Part shown: positions 1-10,885 of the stretch, piece after piece
How positions within the stretch are numbered: position 1 is the first letter of the stretch
How the letters are laid out: each line of letters starts with the position of its first letter
Assembly (NCBI GenBank): GCA_963719515.1
Contig: CAVRCJ010000003.1
Span: 766,470 to 830,469 of the forward strand
Direction: 5' to 3'
DNA from: an uncultured cyanobacterium
GTDB taxonomy: Bacteria > Cyanobacteriota > Cyanobacteriia > CAKZMO01
DNA length: 64,000 bases
Translations under genes and position numbers: made by a program
The notes under the pieces: model-generated
The model's database searches: none
Seen by the model: the letters and a program-made list of their open reading frames with translations, nothing else
What the model was told of the DNA's origin: nothing

Positions 1-764
1 ATGCGCCCACAGATGGCTACGACTACGGCGAGGATGGCTACGACCCGAGTGGGTGCAACGTGGGCGTCAACCCGAATACTGGCCAGATTCAAATTGAAAT
101 TAAGGGACTGGCTGAGCCCAAGAGCCCAGAGGCTGAGCGGATCTGCCGCGAAGACTTGACCGAACTCGTAACGGCCTTCGTGCAAGATAAGCCAACCATC
201 GAGAAGGGCCTTTTTACAGAAAAAGAGGAGCTGGTGCCTGAAGAACTGACCCAGGTGCGTATGGGTAAAATTGTTCAAGAGAAATTTCCGGACCTAGGCA
301 ACGAAGATCAAGAAGCTATCCGCCAGCATGCGATCGCCGCGCTCAACCTAGTCCAGCAGGGTAAAAACGTAGTGGGCGAAGCGGCTGGAGCGTACAACGT
401 CAATGCCGATGGCGGCGAGCCGACGAAGAACACGGCTTTGATTGATGGGATAAGAAAGTTTGCCCTCTCAGTCACCGACCTCGATATGGATCTAATCGAT
501 CGCATCAACCCCTTTGGTGAAGCCTACGCCATCTTGGCAAAGACCATGAGCGAAGAGCGGCTGAAGCAGGTTGCTGCAGTAATCGCCGCTAAGCGAATTA
601 GCCTCACCGTAGACGAAGCGAGAGAACTGGCCAGGCGGGCGGTACGATTTAAACAAGAGAAAGGCCGAGTCCCTTCCCTTACGGCCACTGACCCCTGGGA
701 AAAACGCATGGCGGAAGGAATCACCTTCTTGCAGCGCAAGGTAAGAGAGGAGACTGATGGCTAA
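1..764 (+). CDS. C-terminal part of a YeeB-like DEAD/DEAH helicase-associated protein; 5' end lies outside the window
   Basis: The frame is open from position 3 to the stop at 764 and overlaps the start of a YeeC-like gene. The tail (IDRINPFGEAYAILAK...GRVPSLTATDPWEKRMAEG) resembles YeeB-type proteins; helicase motifs are not in the window. Confidence 0.6.
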   Translation, partial: APTDGYDYGEDGYDPSGCNVGVNPNTGQIQIEIKGLAEPKSPEAERICREDLTELVTAFVQDKPTIEKGLFTEKEELVPEELTQVRMGKIVQEKFPDLGNEDQEAIRQHAIAALNLVQQGKNVVGEAAGAYNVNADGGEPTKNTALIDGIRKFALSVTDLDMDLIDRINPFGEAYAILAKTMSEERLKQVAAVIAAKRISLTVDEARELARRAVRFKQEKGRVPSLTATDPWEKRMAEGITFLQRKVREETDG

Positions 765-1950
765 GCACACCACTGACGCTGATCTGGACCTGCTCGCTGA
801 ACTAGGCGTGGATACTGCACCCACCCCCACTATTAAGCGGTCCCAGAAAGAAGAACGAATCATTGCGGGCTTTGAGGAAATTGAGCGATTTGTAGAAGAG
901 CACGGCCATTTCCCTCAGCATGGCGAGGACCGCGATATCTTTGAGCGCCTCTACGCCGTGCGTCTCGATCGCTTGCGAGAATTAGAGGACTGTCGCGAAC
1001 TGTTGAAGCCGCTAGATTCGCGCGGGCTGCTAGAGGCCGATGCCGCCTTCGCTCTCCCCATAGGTGAAAATCTAGATGACGAAACGCTGCTCGCAGAACT
1101 GGGCGTTGATGCTACCTCAGAAAACGACGTCACTCAGCTTACGCATGTTCGCTCCCGCCAGGAAATCAAAGCCGCTGAGGAAATCGCCCAGCGTAACCCC
1201 TGCAAAGACTTCGCCGAGTTTGAGCCTGTTTTTAAGCAAGTGCAGCAGGACTTGGACGCCGGAGTACGGCAAACGCTGAAGTATCAAGACAATGCAGCAA
1301 TCAACACAGGTGACTTATTCATTCTGGATGGGCAAAAAGTATTGGTAGCCGACATGGGCGAGCCGTTCGTGAGCGACTATGGCCGCCAGGACCGTAGACT
1401 ACGGGTGATTTACGACAACGCGACCGAGAGCGATTTACTATTGCGATCTCTCCAGAGAGCCTTAAATAAAGACAAAGCTAGTCGCCGAATTACTAAGACA
1501 GAGAACTTTGGTCCCCTGTTCTCCCATACTGAAGACGAAGACGACTTGGCAGCTGGTTGCATTTACGTGCTGCGCAGCCAGTCAGATGATCCATTCATTG
1601 CCAAGCATCGATCGATAATTCATAAGATTGGTGTAACTGGAGGTGATGTAAAAAAGCGAGTTGCCAATGCCAAAAATGACCCAACTTACCTACTCGCAGA
1701 GGTAGAAATTGTTACTACCTTCAAGCTATTTAACATCAACCGAAAGAAGCTTGAGGCCCTTCTTCATAAGGTTTTCGACAGCGCTCGACTAGATGTAGAA
1801 TTATCCGATCGCTTTGGTGTACCCGTACAGCCAAGGGAATGGTTTCTTATCCCATTTGAGGTGATCGAGGAAGTGATTGAGAAAATAAAAGTAGGAACCC
1901 TCGATCAGTTTCGATACAGTCCGGAAACAGCAAGTCTTACGCGGCTGTAG
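757..1950 (+). CDS. GIY-YIG / T5orf172 (YeeC-like) nuclease
   Basis: C-terminal GCIYVLRS...HKIGVT...KRVANA...LEALLHKVF...PREWF motif set typical of T5orf172/MUG113 domains. Confidence 0.85.
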   Translation: MAKHTTDADLDLLAELGVDTAPTPTIKRSQKEERIIAGFEEIERFVEEHGHFPQHGEDRDIFERLYAVRLDRLRELEDCRELLKPLDSRGLLEADAAFALPIGENLDDETLLAELGVDATSENDVTQLTHVRSRQEIKAAEEIAQRNPCKDFAEFEPVFKQVQQDLDAGVRQTLKYQDNAAINTGDLFILDGQKVLVADMGEPFVSDYGRQDRRLRVIYDNATESDLLLRSLQRALNKDKASRRITKTENFGPLFSHTEDEDDLAAGCIYVLRSQSDDPFIAKHRSIIHKIGVTGGDVKKRVANAKNDPTYLLAEVEIVTTFKLFNINRKKLEALLHKVFDSARLDVELSDRFGVPVQPREWFLIPFEVIEEVIEKIKVGTLDQFRYSPETASLTRL

Positions 1951-1986
1951 TGCGACTCGATGAAATAAACCCTGAGAAACTGCAAA

Positions 1987-2499
1987 ATGCAAAAACAAAG
2001 CATAGACTCAATCAAGACGATATTCAAAGACCGCCTCACCACCCTTGAGCACCTCCTAAAAACCGCTCAAACCCACTTCAACGGCGACGAATCATTCCTC
2101 GAAACCCGCCTCGCCCCCGACATGCTCCCCTTCGGCACCCAAATCGCCTTCACCTGCAACCAACCCCGCAGCTTCGCCCTGTGGTGCAGCGGCAACCCCA
2201 TGGATAACCTCGATCCAAGCGTCACCTCCCTCGCCCAAGCCTACGACCACATCGCCAACACCAAAGCGCTGCTGACGAGCATCGACGCCGAAGACGACAA
2301 GCTAGAAGAGGTTGCGCGCATCGACCTCGGCCCCGGCACCTACTTAGAGCTGCCAGGACGCACCTACGTCAACGACTTCCTGATGCCAAACTTCTACTTT
2401 CATCTGGTGACGGCTTACGACATTCTTCGCATGGCCGGCGTCCCCATCGGAAAACGGGACTACATGATGCATCTGGTGCCGTTCCTCAAGCAGGCGTAA
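1987..2499 (+). CDS. DUF1993 family protein (DinB-like helical fold)
   Basis: RLAPDMLPF and PNFYFHLVTAYDILRMAGVPIGKRDY signature. Confidence 0.9.
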   Translation: MQKQSIDSIKTIFKDRLTTLEHLLKTAQTHFNGDESFLETRLAPDMLPFGTQIAFTCNQPRSFALWCSGNPMDNLDPSVTSLAQAYDHIANTKALLTSIDAEDDKLEEVARIDLGPGTYLELPGRTYVNDFLMPNFYFHLVTAYDILRMAGVPIGKRDYMMHLVPFLKQA

Positions 2500-2606
2500 C
2501 GCCTCCAGCTCCCATAGCACCGCCCTACGGCCAGCCTCCCTAACCTAGACGAGATTTATCTCAGCAACCGGCAATTCTCCGCTGGATAGGTTATTGCAAA
2601 ACGTAT

Positions 2607-3263
2607 CTACTCGATTTTTATCTCAAGGGAATAGTCGCTCACCGAACCTGCATTGGCCGCTGAGCCAGAGTGCGCCACCCGCACTCTATATTCTCCGTCT
2701 GCCGGCAGCGTCCCTCGCCAGCGCCACCCTTCAAACTGAGCGCTGCCCGGAGGCGTTATCGACTGCGATTCTGCCGCCGGTACCCCCTGAATATCGTCGG
2801 GCTGATACCCCTCATTTTCAATCACGATAAGTAGCGCCGGGCCGTCGCTGCGCATTGTCGCTTCTAGGATTTGTCCCGCAAACGCCTGCACAATGTAGTC
2901 GTGGAGGGCAAAGCCAGCAATGCTGCCGCTCACCGCAGCGCTGCTTGCACCTGGGGCAAACCGGACGGTCTCAACCTTGTCAGCCTCCATTGCCGAGTTC
3001 GTCGCCGAGCTATTGTCGGCTGGCGCTGGGCTTTCGCTTTGCGGCTCGCTTCGAGCTGGCTCCGATGGCGGTGTCTGGCGCGGCTGCTCCGCTTCGGGCG
3101 AGGTCTCCCCGGTTGAAGCTTCGGGATTACCCGTTTGGGAGCGATCGCCATCGGTACGGGTTTCGGCTGCCGGAGGGCGAGCAGGGTCAGCAGGCGCGGG
3201 GCTGCGAGCGCAGGCCCCGGCAAGTAGAACTGCGAGTAGGGCGACAGCTGGTTTTACGGACAT
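2607..3263 (-). CDS. Lipoprotein with PliG-like (g-type lysozyme inhibitor)/PPC-type domain
   Basis: Lipobox LAGAC, Pro/Ser linker, then VRFAPGASSAAVSGSI..HDYIVQAFAGQ..GTLPADGEYRVRV..YSLEIKIE. Confidence 0.6.
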   Translation of the reverse strand: MSVKPAVALLAVLLAGACARSPAPADPARPPAAETRTDGDRSQTGNPEASTGETSPEAEQPRQTPPSEPARSEPQSESPAPADNSSATNSAMEADKVETVRFAPGASSAAVSGSIAGFALHDYIVQAFAGQILEATMRSDGPALLIVIENEGYQPDDIQGVPAAESQSITPPGSAQFEGWRWRGTLPADGEYRVRVAHSGSAANAGSVSDYSLEIKIE

Positions 3264-3312
3264 GGTGATTGAGAACGAATGGGGCAGTGGGTAAATAAAT
3301 CAATAACGGCGA

Positions 3313-4269
3313 CTAATCGCAGCGGACCAGCGTTTTTGGCTCGAACCCTTCAGATCTCCATTCCAGTCGGACACCGTCTTCAGCTGGCTCGATAAAATAC
3401 TCAGCCGGGCTTGAACTCACCTCTGGTACCCCCTCCCGCTGATAATAGGTGGCGTCAATGACGTACCCATTCTCTTGAGGGATAACGCTGTTCACCGTCG
3501 CGTCGCCACCGTAAAAGTCGAGCTTGTCTGGGGAGATGGTCACCTCAGCCATTGATGTTCCCGGCTCCGAGCACTGCGCTTGAGTGGTATCAAAGGTGCC
3601 CAGCACGGCGTCCGGAAGCTGAGTGCTGTTTGGCGAGGCGGCGGCGGAACGAGAGCTGCAGTCAAAGGTTTTAGCGTCCCGATCAGCAATTTGGCGAGCG
3701 GCGACGTTCTGGCTAGGCTCAGCGTCGGCGGTGACCCAATCGACTAGGCAGCCGGGGTCTCCCTCCTGGCCAATTGTGAAAACGGCTAGCTCTGACGATT
3801 GGACGTTGGGGCTACCGCCCGATTCGAAGTTGTAGCGCAGGATAGCCGCCACCGGCTGACCGCCCTGAAGTCGCCACTCGACGGTATCGCCGATTGAGTT
3901 GAAGGGGCGATTTGCGGTCGTCCACTCGTCGTTGGGGACGCCCGCGTCGACGTCGAACCGAATGTCCGATTCGGTGACGTAGAGCGGGATGCCTTGGTAC
4001 CCTTCACAGCGCAGCGCCATACCGCCGCTCTCTTCGTAGGTCTCTAGAACTTCGCAGTCCTCAAGGTTTAAATCGGTGTAGGCGCTTTCAATATCGTCAG
4101 CGTCGCTGGAGGCGTTGGCGTCGGCCTTCTGATTTTTAGAGGGCGAAGTAGTTTCTGGAGTTTTAGGATCTGAGGCGGTGCTAGCGCGATCGCCCTGCCC
4201 TGAGCAGGCTGTGAGTAGCGCGGCGATGGTAACGACGCTAAACAGCTTTTTGCTGATGCTTGTTTTCAC
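3313..4269 (-). CDS. Hypothetical two-domain lipoprotein
   Basis: Probable GTG start at 4269, lipobox LLTAC, low-complexity linker, paired Cys residues. Confidence 0.7.
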   Translation of the reverse strand: MKTSISKKLFSVVTIAALLTACSGQGDRASTASDPKTPETTSPSKNQKADANASSDADDIESAYTDLNLEDCEVLETYEESGGMALRCEGYQGIPLYVTESDIRFDVDAGVPNDEWTTANRPFNSIGDTVEWRLQGGQPVAAILRYNFESGGSPNVQSSELAVFTIGQEGDPGCLVDWVTADAEPSQNVAARQIADRDAKTFDCSSRSAAASPNSTQLPDAVLGTFDTTQAQCSEPGTSMAEVTISPDKLDFYGGDATVNSVIPQENGYVIDATYYQREGVPEVSSSPAEYFIEPAEDGVRLEWRSEGFEPKTLVRCD

Positions 4270-4335
4270 GACTATGGAAGAATAAGCTGCTTTACAGCAG
4301 ATGTACAAGAGCAGAAGAACTTTATCTGCTGAATG

Positions 4336-5528
4336 TAAGTAGTTCGGCCTTGAAAAGCTTAGCAACATGTAGTTCTATGAAGGAACAACTCTATCGTCAG
4401 TGGGAGGCATCATGTCATGGGCGCACGCTTACGCATCTTCCTCAATCCTGAAGAGGATCGCACCTTATTTGAACTGCGCAAAGCCAAGACGGTTCCTCAA
4501 AGAGTCAAAGACCGAGCCCAAGCGGTTCGTTTGAGCCATCAGGGGATGTACGTGGAGAAGATAGCCGCTCACTTTGGCCAGAACGTGCAAACGGTGCGCC
4601 AGACGCTACGTCGGTGGCAGGAGAGAGGGTTAGGCGGGCTGTGGGATGGCCCTCACCCCGGTGCCAAGCGGCGATGGCAGAACGAGGATATGGAACATCT
4701 AGAATCATGCCTGAGGGAAGAGCCACGAACCTACAATAGTCGCCAGCTAGCGCAAAAGCTAGCAGAAGAGCGAGGAGTACAGTTGAGCGCAGACCATCTC
4801 AGACGGGTACTGGAAAAAAGGGGGTGATATGGAAGAGGACGCGCCACTCTCACCGCAACAAGCAAGACCCAGAGGAGAAGGCAAAGAAGCAAGCAGACTT
4901 GGATATGCTGGAGTGGGCAGCGGCGGCAGGGGATATTGACCTTTTCTACACGGATGAGTCTGGTTTCTGCCAGTGGATGCCCGTAGGTTACAGCTACTAT
5001 TTCCGGGGTGAGCAGAAGCGGCAAGAGCAAACGAAGCGAAAGGGCAGACGCGTCAGTATATTGGGGCTGCTCCAAGGAGGCATCAAGTTTGTCTATGCCT
5101 TAGTGATTGGTAGTTTCGACGCGCAGCGCTACATCACCGTGATGGACGAGCAGGCTCGCCAGGCCCAAAAGGTGATGGAGAAAACCGGACGCATAAGAGT
5201 GATTGTGCAGGACAATGCTCCAATCCATACCTGTAAGCAGGTGCAGCAGAAACGAGCCCAGTGGGAATCACAGGGACTGTATCTGTTCTTCTTGCCCAAG
5301 TATTGCTCCGAGATGAATCCGATTGAGGGCGAGTGGCATCAGCTCAAGGCGCACGAACTTGCAGGGCAGATGTTCGAGGATGAATTAGATCTTTGCTATG
5401 CGGCCATCGATGGCATTGGTGCCAGAGCGCAGGCGGGCGGATATGAAGCACAGCGCTTTAGATTTCCCTCCAAACTGGACCCTTTACAATCCGTTGCATA
5501 GCTCAGCTTTTCTAGCCCTACCTACTTA
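4336..5528 (+). mobile_element. IS630-family insertion sequence, apparently complete
   Basis: Imperfect TIRs TAAGTAGTTCGGCCTTGAAAAGCTTAGC and revcomp TAAGTAGGTAGGGCTAGAAAAGCTGAGC, with TA at both ends; contains HTH and DDE ORFs. Confidence 0.92.
4417..5501 (+). CDS. IS630 transposase in two ORFs (4417-4827 HTH; 4824-5501 DDE) joined by a probable -1 frameshift
   Basis: Slippery AAAAAAG-GGGG at 4814-4824; DDE motifs DESGF, QDNAPIH, EMNPIE. Confidence 0.88.
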
Positions 5529-5550
5529 ACTTAGCTTGCACAGCGCTTCC

Positions 5551-7282
5551 CCCGGATATCTCACCAAGAGGTAGAAGTTGGGGTCAAAGAACTGCGAGAA
5601 TGCAGATACCACAAAGCTTCTGGCAGCTTTAACCTATGACCCCAACAATTACAGAGTGTAGCGGAAAACCCATCGTTGTAGATCGCATCGACAAGCGCAA
5701 GGTTGTCGTGGATTTTGATGGTGGGCACCTGAGCCACGACGGTGGGCTAGCGCTAGTGGCAGCAGTAGATCGCCACTTTGGCATCAGCGGTAAGTTTGCG
5801 GAGTGCTTCACGGACCACCGAGACCCATCACGGGTGCAGCATAGCGTAGAGCATCTGTTGAGCCAGCGGCTGTATGGATTGGTGCAGGGATATGAGGATC
5901 TCAATGACCATGAGCAGTTGCGCCACGACCTGAGCTTCTGCGCGGCGGTTGGGAAGCTTGAGAGCAATCACGCCCGCTGCGCGCCGTTGTCAGGCAAGAG
6001 TACGCTGAATCGCTTCGAGGGCTCGCCGCACTACGACAGCGAAAAGCCAGGGCGCTACGTGCGCATCAGCATGGACCGGGAGGCGATAGAGCAAACGTTT
6101 CTTGACCTATTTTTCCAGCTATCAGAGCCCACTCCAAAGGAGCTGATATTGGACTTGGACGTAACCGATGATGCTACCCATGGCAACCAGATTGATAGCT
6201 TCTTCAATGGCTACTACCAGCATGAGTGCTACGCGCCGCTGTTGATTTTCTGCGGACATCACCTGCTGGCGGCGCAACTGCGCCCTTCGAACGTGGACCC
6301 AGCTCAAGGCGCTTTGGAGCAGCTGCAGCGCATCATTCCCAAGCTGCGTCTGCGCTGGCCTGAGGTGAGAATCATCGTGCGGGGCGACAGCGCCTATGGC
6401 CGAGAGGACATCATGAGCTGGTGCGAGGCGCAGCCAAGTGTGGACTATGTGCTGGGGCTAGCGGGCAATGGGGTTTTGGAGCGCATGAGCCAACCGCTTG
6501 AAGCCAAGGCTAAAGCTGAGTTCGAGCGCTGCGGTAGCGTCGAGCCTCCCTTGCCCACCACCGCTTGGTATCGTACCGTCTACTACCGCACCCAATCGTC
6601 TTGGACAAGGCGGCGGCGCGTGGTGAGCAAAATCACCTACTCAGAGGCTGGCCCCAAGCGTCACTATGTCGTCACCTCGATTCCCGCGAGCCAGATGCTT
6701 CCTTCAGCGCTTCACCAAGACCTCTATTGCCCCAGGGGCGATATGGAGAATCGCATCAAGGAACACCAGCTTGCCCTGTTCAGCGACCGCACCTCTACCC
6801 ATACCTTCGAGAGTAACCAGCTGCGGCTTTGGTTCTCTTCGATGGCCTATGTGCTCATGCATGCCCTTCGTCAGCATCTGCTCTATGGCACCGTCCTTGC
6901 CAAGGCTCAGCTGGGCACCATCCGCCTCAAGCTCCTCAAGCTCGCTGCCCATATTCGCTTATCCGTTAGGCGGGTTCACATTGCCCTTGCTTCCCATGAA
7001 CCTTACCGTGACTTGCTCGAGCGGCTTTACTACCGATTGAACCAGCTGCCTCGGCCAGGGTAGACCCCTTGAGCTACGTTGCTTATTAATCTCATAGCCT
7101 CTGGTGCCTTTGGCCTCGCTTCAGCCTGCCGATTTTTTCCAAAAATCTCTGCCCTCTGCTCTCGGCGATCGCCTAGAGCGCATTTGTCGTCCCCACGGCC
7201 ATTCCAGAATCAGCTCATTCTCACTAAGCTGTTACTATTGACACTCAGCTTCCCCCCTCAATTTGCTTGTGAGAAATCCGGG
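5551..7282 (+). mobile_element. IS1380-family insertion sequence, complete, with 4 bp TSD
   Basis: TIRs CCCGGATATCTCACCAAG and revcomp CCCGGATTTCTCACAAG; TTCC direct repeat at 5547-5550 and 7283-7286. Confidence 0.92.
5636..7063 (+). CDS. IS1380 transposase
   Basis: FDGGHLSHDGG, GYEDLNDH, LDLDVTDD, VRGDS, RGDMENRIKE motifs. Confidence 0.95.
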   Translation: MTPTITECSGKPIVVDRIDKRKVVVDFDGGHLSHDGGLALVAAVDRHFGISGKFAECFTDHRDPSRVQHSVEHLLSQRLYGLVQGYEDLNDHEQLRHDLSFCAAVGKLESNHARCAPLSGKSTLNRFEGSPHYDSEKPGRYVRISMDREAIEQTFLDLFFQLSEPTPKELILDLDVTDDATHGNQIDSFFNGYYQHECYAPLLIFCGHHLLAAQLRPSNVDPAQGALEQLQRIIPKLRLRWPEVRIIVRGDSAYGREDIMSWCEAQPSVDYVLGLAGNGVLERMSQPLEAKAKAEFERCGSVEPPLPTTAWYRTVYYRTQSSWTRRRRVVSKITYSEAGPKRHYVVTSIPASQMLPSALHQDLYCPRGDMENRIKEHQLALFSDRTSTHTFESNQLRLWFSSMAYVLMHALRQHLLYGTVLAKAQLGTIRLKLLKLAAHIRLSVRRVHIALASHEPYRDLLERLYYRLNQLPRPG

Positions 7283-7401
7283 TTCCCCCACCGGTTTTTA
7301 GGCCACTTTTTTAGTCGTCAGTTTGATGGCTGCGCGATCGCCCCATCTTTCGATGCTAAAATTGCCAGCTGCAATGTTGGCAGAGACAAAGCCAGAGAAC
7401 C

Positions 7402-9102
7402 TTAAAAGTTAGACCTCCAAATATGAACACCACGCTGTGCCAGCCGCCGCTGTCTAGACGCAATCGCATCGGCGGTCCACTCTTCAGCCGATATACGGTT
7501 TGTTAGGTTATAGACGCTTCTTGGATAGTACTCACGCTTAATCGCGTAAGCTTGGTTACCGATTTCTCGATTTATAGGCGGTTCTAGCGGCGTTAGATTG
7601 CCAATGCGGTAAACTATTTCTTCAATCTGGCTGCCGCTAAAACACGTCCTCCAGTCTTCGCTTAGCGATTCAGGTAAGATATGCTCAATAGAAAACCCAT
7701 CTTCACTGATATCTTCGCGGCCTGAGGCATCTATCTCAAGCTTCCAGAGAATATATCTTGCCAGCTTACGCTTTTGACCTTTTGTAGATATGGTAAGCAA
7801 TGAAAAATCCTGTAAGAACTTTTCGTCAGAAACATAAACTGGCCGCAGCCTCTCAAATACCTGCCTTGGGTAAGTTATCTCATCATTCGTAATTGCAATA
7901 GCGACTTTGTTGTAGAGTATCTCTAGCTCGTTTGGGTTTAGGCTGCTCACAATGTTGTAGCGGAAAGACAAGACGCAGACCAGTTTTAGCAAGCGAGTGA
8001 AATTTTCAGGCGCGAATCTTCCATAAGCGGCAAAGAGAGCTGGATAAGCCTGCTTGACTCGGAATAGTTCAAGTTCGCGAATATAGGGACGATTGCTTGG
8101 AGTGTCGCGCCAGAAATCATCATTAGAATTTCCAAGAGCGACAAACAGGCCGCTGTAGCCTTCAAGCTGGTCAAGTAGAGTGAAGGCCTGTTGTCCATTG
8201 GTCACGGCTTCTCGAACTGTCTTGAACAATCGCTCTCGTCTAACTCTAGTTTGCTGACGGCTTAAGTAATATCTTAAAAATTCAGGAAATTTCTCCATCT
8301 GAACGGTGCTAATAATCCTTCGCCATTGCCTTTGGGCTTCCTGCAAGTCGTCTGGGCCTTGAAATAGCGAAAATAAATAGTTTTTTAGCAAATCTGTTGA
8401 GCTGAGCTCCATTCCTCTGGCATTCAATGTTTCAAAGACGGTGTAAGCGTTCAACTCGTCCTCAATACTGATCTGAATGAAAAGCAGCCTTCGAGCAACT
8501 GTGTTGGTCAAGAATTCGGCCAGACCTTCGCCATCACTGACAACATCATGTAGATTTTCAAGCTGATTCGAAAAGTACTTAAAGGATTTCCAAAGTAGTT
8601 GATTTGATTTTGAAAGAGCGCGAATATTTAATGGATTTCTAAGATTAATTAAGTTGCTTTGATAGAAATCATTATTGTTTTCATTTAGAATGATTTTACT
8701 CGAATAGCGAAGCGATCGCGGATCCTTATCGCTAAGATAAGTACGCTTTAAAATTTCTTGCCTTTCTTGATTCGCCTCTTTATGATTTTCACGCACTACA
8801 AGATTCTGTATTTTCTCGATTACGGCGATAGCAACGATACTCAGAGTGGCTAGTCTTTGCTGGCCGTCAATTACCGTAAAGTACTTGTCTGAAGTATCTG
8901 AGCTCTGCAAAACAATGGTGCCCATATAGTGGCTAGAGTCAGGCGTCTCGTAAATGGCCAAAATATCTTGCCAGAGATCTTCCCAGTACTCTTCTTTCCA
9001 CGAGTAATCTCTTTGAAAAGGGGGGACTCGGTAAATCTTGCCATTGCCGATCAAATCGCCAAAGCTGGCAGTACGCGTGTCTAATAAGTTGTTTAGTGCC
9101 AT
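7402..9102 (-). CDS. DUF262-DUF1524 (GmrSD-like) modification-dependent restriction nuclease
   Basis: VPPFQRDYSW, IDGQQRL, FETLNARG in the N-terminal domain; IEHILP...IGNLTPL...N HNH motif; AT-rich. Confidence 0.9.
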   Translation of the reverse strand: MALNNLLDTRTASFGDLIGNGKIYRVPPFQRDYSWKEEYWEDLWQDILAIYETPDSSHYMGTIVLQSSDTSDKYFTVIDGQQRLATLSIVAIAVIEKIQNLVVRENHKEANQERQEILKRTYLSDKDPRSLRYSSKIILNENNNDFYQSNLINLRNPLNIRALSKSNQLLWKSFKYFSNQLENLHDVVSDGEGLAEFLTNTVARRLLFIQISIEDELNAYTVFETLNARGMELSSTDLLKNYLFSLFQGPDDLQEAQRQWRRIISTVQMEKFPEFLRYYLSRQQTRVRRERLFKTVREAVTNGQQAFTLLDQLEGYSGLFVALGNSNDDFWRDTPSNRPYIRELELFRVKQAYPALFAAYGRFAPENFTRLLKLVCVLSFRYNIVSSLNPNELEILYNKVAIAITNDEITYPRQVFERLRPVYVSDEKFLQDFSLLTISTKGQKRKLARYILWKLEIDASGREDISEDGFSIEHILPESLSEDWRTCFSGSQIEEIVYRIGNLTPLEPPINREIGNQAYAIKREYYPRSVYNLTNRISAEEWTADAIASRQRRLAQRGVHIWRSNF

Positions 9103-9260
9103 GGTCTTATTCTATGCACAGCTTCGCGATGACTCGATTAGTCAAATTAACATAGGTACCGATAACCGACTGCCTCCTGTATCACCGACAGCTGCGTCTC
9201 TTCCTATAATGGAGTTTGCTAGGGATGTATCCCTACATACCTCCACCAGACGACCCGCCC

Positions 9261-10877
9261 ATGCCCCAAGACCTACAGCACGAGGTAGAGACCCGGCGCA
9301 ACTTCGCCATCATCTCCCACCCCGACGCCGGAAAAACTACGCTCACCGAAAAGCTGCTGCTCTATGGAGGCGCTATCCACGAGGCCGGGGCCGTCAAAGC
9401 GCGGCGGGCCCAGCGCCACGCCACCTCAGACTGGATGAAAATGGAGCAGCAGCGGGGCATCTCCATCACCTCCACCGTGCTGCAGTTTAGCTACGACGAC
9501 TATCAGATCAACCTGCTAGACACCCCCGGCCACCAGGACTTTAGCGAAGACACCTACCGCACCCTAGCCGCCGCCGACAACGCGGTGATGCTCGAAGACG
9601 CCGCTAAGGGCCTAGAGCCGCAGACCCGAAAGCTGTTCGAGGTCTGCCGGATGCGATCGCTGCCCATCTTCACCTTCTTCAACAAGATGGACCGTCCGGG
9701 CCGCGAGCCGCTGGAGCTGCTGGACGAGATTGAGCAGGAACTGGGGCTGCAGACCTACGCAGTCAACTGGCCCATCGGCATGGGGGACTACTTCAAAGGG
9801 GTGTTTGACCGGCGCAAGCGGCAGATTCACCTGTTTGAGCGGTCGGCCCACGGCACCCGCGAGGCCGCAGAGACGGTTATCGACCTGGGCGACCCGCGCA
9901 TTGAAGAGCTGCTGGACAAAGACCTCTACTACCAGATGAAGGAGGAGATCGAGCTGCTGGACGAGGTGGCTGCAGATCTAGACCTAGACCTGGTGCATCA
10001 AGGGAAGATGACCCCCGTGTTCTTCGGCAGCGCCATGACCAACTTCGGCGTGGAGCTGTTTCTAGAATCGTTCTTGGACTACGGCCTCAAGCCCACGCCC
10101 CACACCAGCAGCCAGGGCGAAATTCTCCCCACCTACGACGACTTCACTGGCTTCGTCTTCAAGCTGCAGGCCAACATGGACCCCAAGCACCGCGATCGCG
10201 TCGCCTTTATTCGCGTGTGCTCCGGCAAGTTTGAGAAGGACATGGTGGTCAACCACGCCCGCACCGGCAAGCCCGTGCGCCTGTCCCACCCGCAAAAGCT
10301 GTTTGGCCAGGGACGCGAGTCACTGTCTGAGGCCTACCCCGGCGACGTCATCGGCCTCAACAACCCCGGCGTGTTTGCCATCGGCGACACCATCTACCAG
10401 GGCAAGCAGCTGGAGTACGAGGGCATCCCCTGCTTCTCACCAGAGCTGTTCGCCTTTTTGCGCAACCCCAACCCCTCTAAGTTCAAGCAGTTTCGCAAAG
10501 GCGTGAACGAGCTGCGGGAGGAGGGGGCCGTGCAGATTATGTATTCCACCGACGAGTCGAAGCGCGACCCGATTTTGGCGGCGGTGGGGCAGCTGCAGTT
10601 TGAGGTGGTGCAGTTCCGCCTGGAGAACGAGTACGGCGTGGAAACTCTAACGGAGATGCTGCCCCACAGCGTGGCCCGCTGGGTGACCGGCGGCTGGGAA
10701 GCCCTGGAGAAGGCGGGGCGACTGTTCAACACCGCCACGGTGAAGGACAGCTGGGGCCGCCCGGTGCTGCTGTTCCGCAATGAGTGGAACTGCCGCCAAG
10801 TGGAGGGGGACCACCCGGAGCTGAAGCTGAGCAACACGGCTCCGGTGGTGTCGGGGCAGGAGCCCGACTCGCTGTAG
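9261..10877 (+). CDS. prfC: Peptide chain release factor 3
   Basis: [52 protein letters not shown]. Confidence 0.98.
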   Translation: MPQDLQHEVETRRNFAIISHPDAGKTTLTEKLLLYGGAIHEAGAVKARRAQRHATSDWMKMEQQRGISITSTVLQFSYDDYQINLLDTPGHQDFSEDTYRTLAAADNAVMLEDAAKGLEPQTRKLFEVCRMRSLPIFTFFNKMDRPGREPLELLDEIEQELGLQTYAVNWPIGMGDYFKGVFDRRKRQIHLFERSAHGTREAAETVIDLGDPRIEELLDKDLYYQMKEEIELLDEVAADLDLDLVHQGKMTPVFFGSAMTNFGVELFLESFLDYGLKPTPHTSSQGEILPTYDDFTGFVFKLQANMDPKHRDRVAFIRVCSGKFEKDMVVNHARTGKPVRLSHPQKLFGQGRESLSEAYPGDVIGLNNPGVFAIGDTIYQGKQLEYEGIPCFSPELFAFLRNPNPSKFKQFRKGVNELREEGAVQIMYSTDESKRDPILAAVGQLQFEVVQFRLENEYGVETLTEMLPHSVARWVTGGWEALEKAGRLFNTATVKDSWGRPVLLFRNEWNCRQVEGDHPELKLSNTAPVVSGQEPDSL

Positions 10878-10885
10878 AGGCAGGC

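Noticed and set aside
7079..7405. 108 aa ORF after the IS1380 transposase
   Set aside because: Crosses the IS right end and has no protein-like features.
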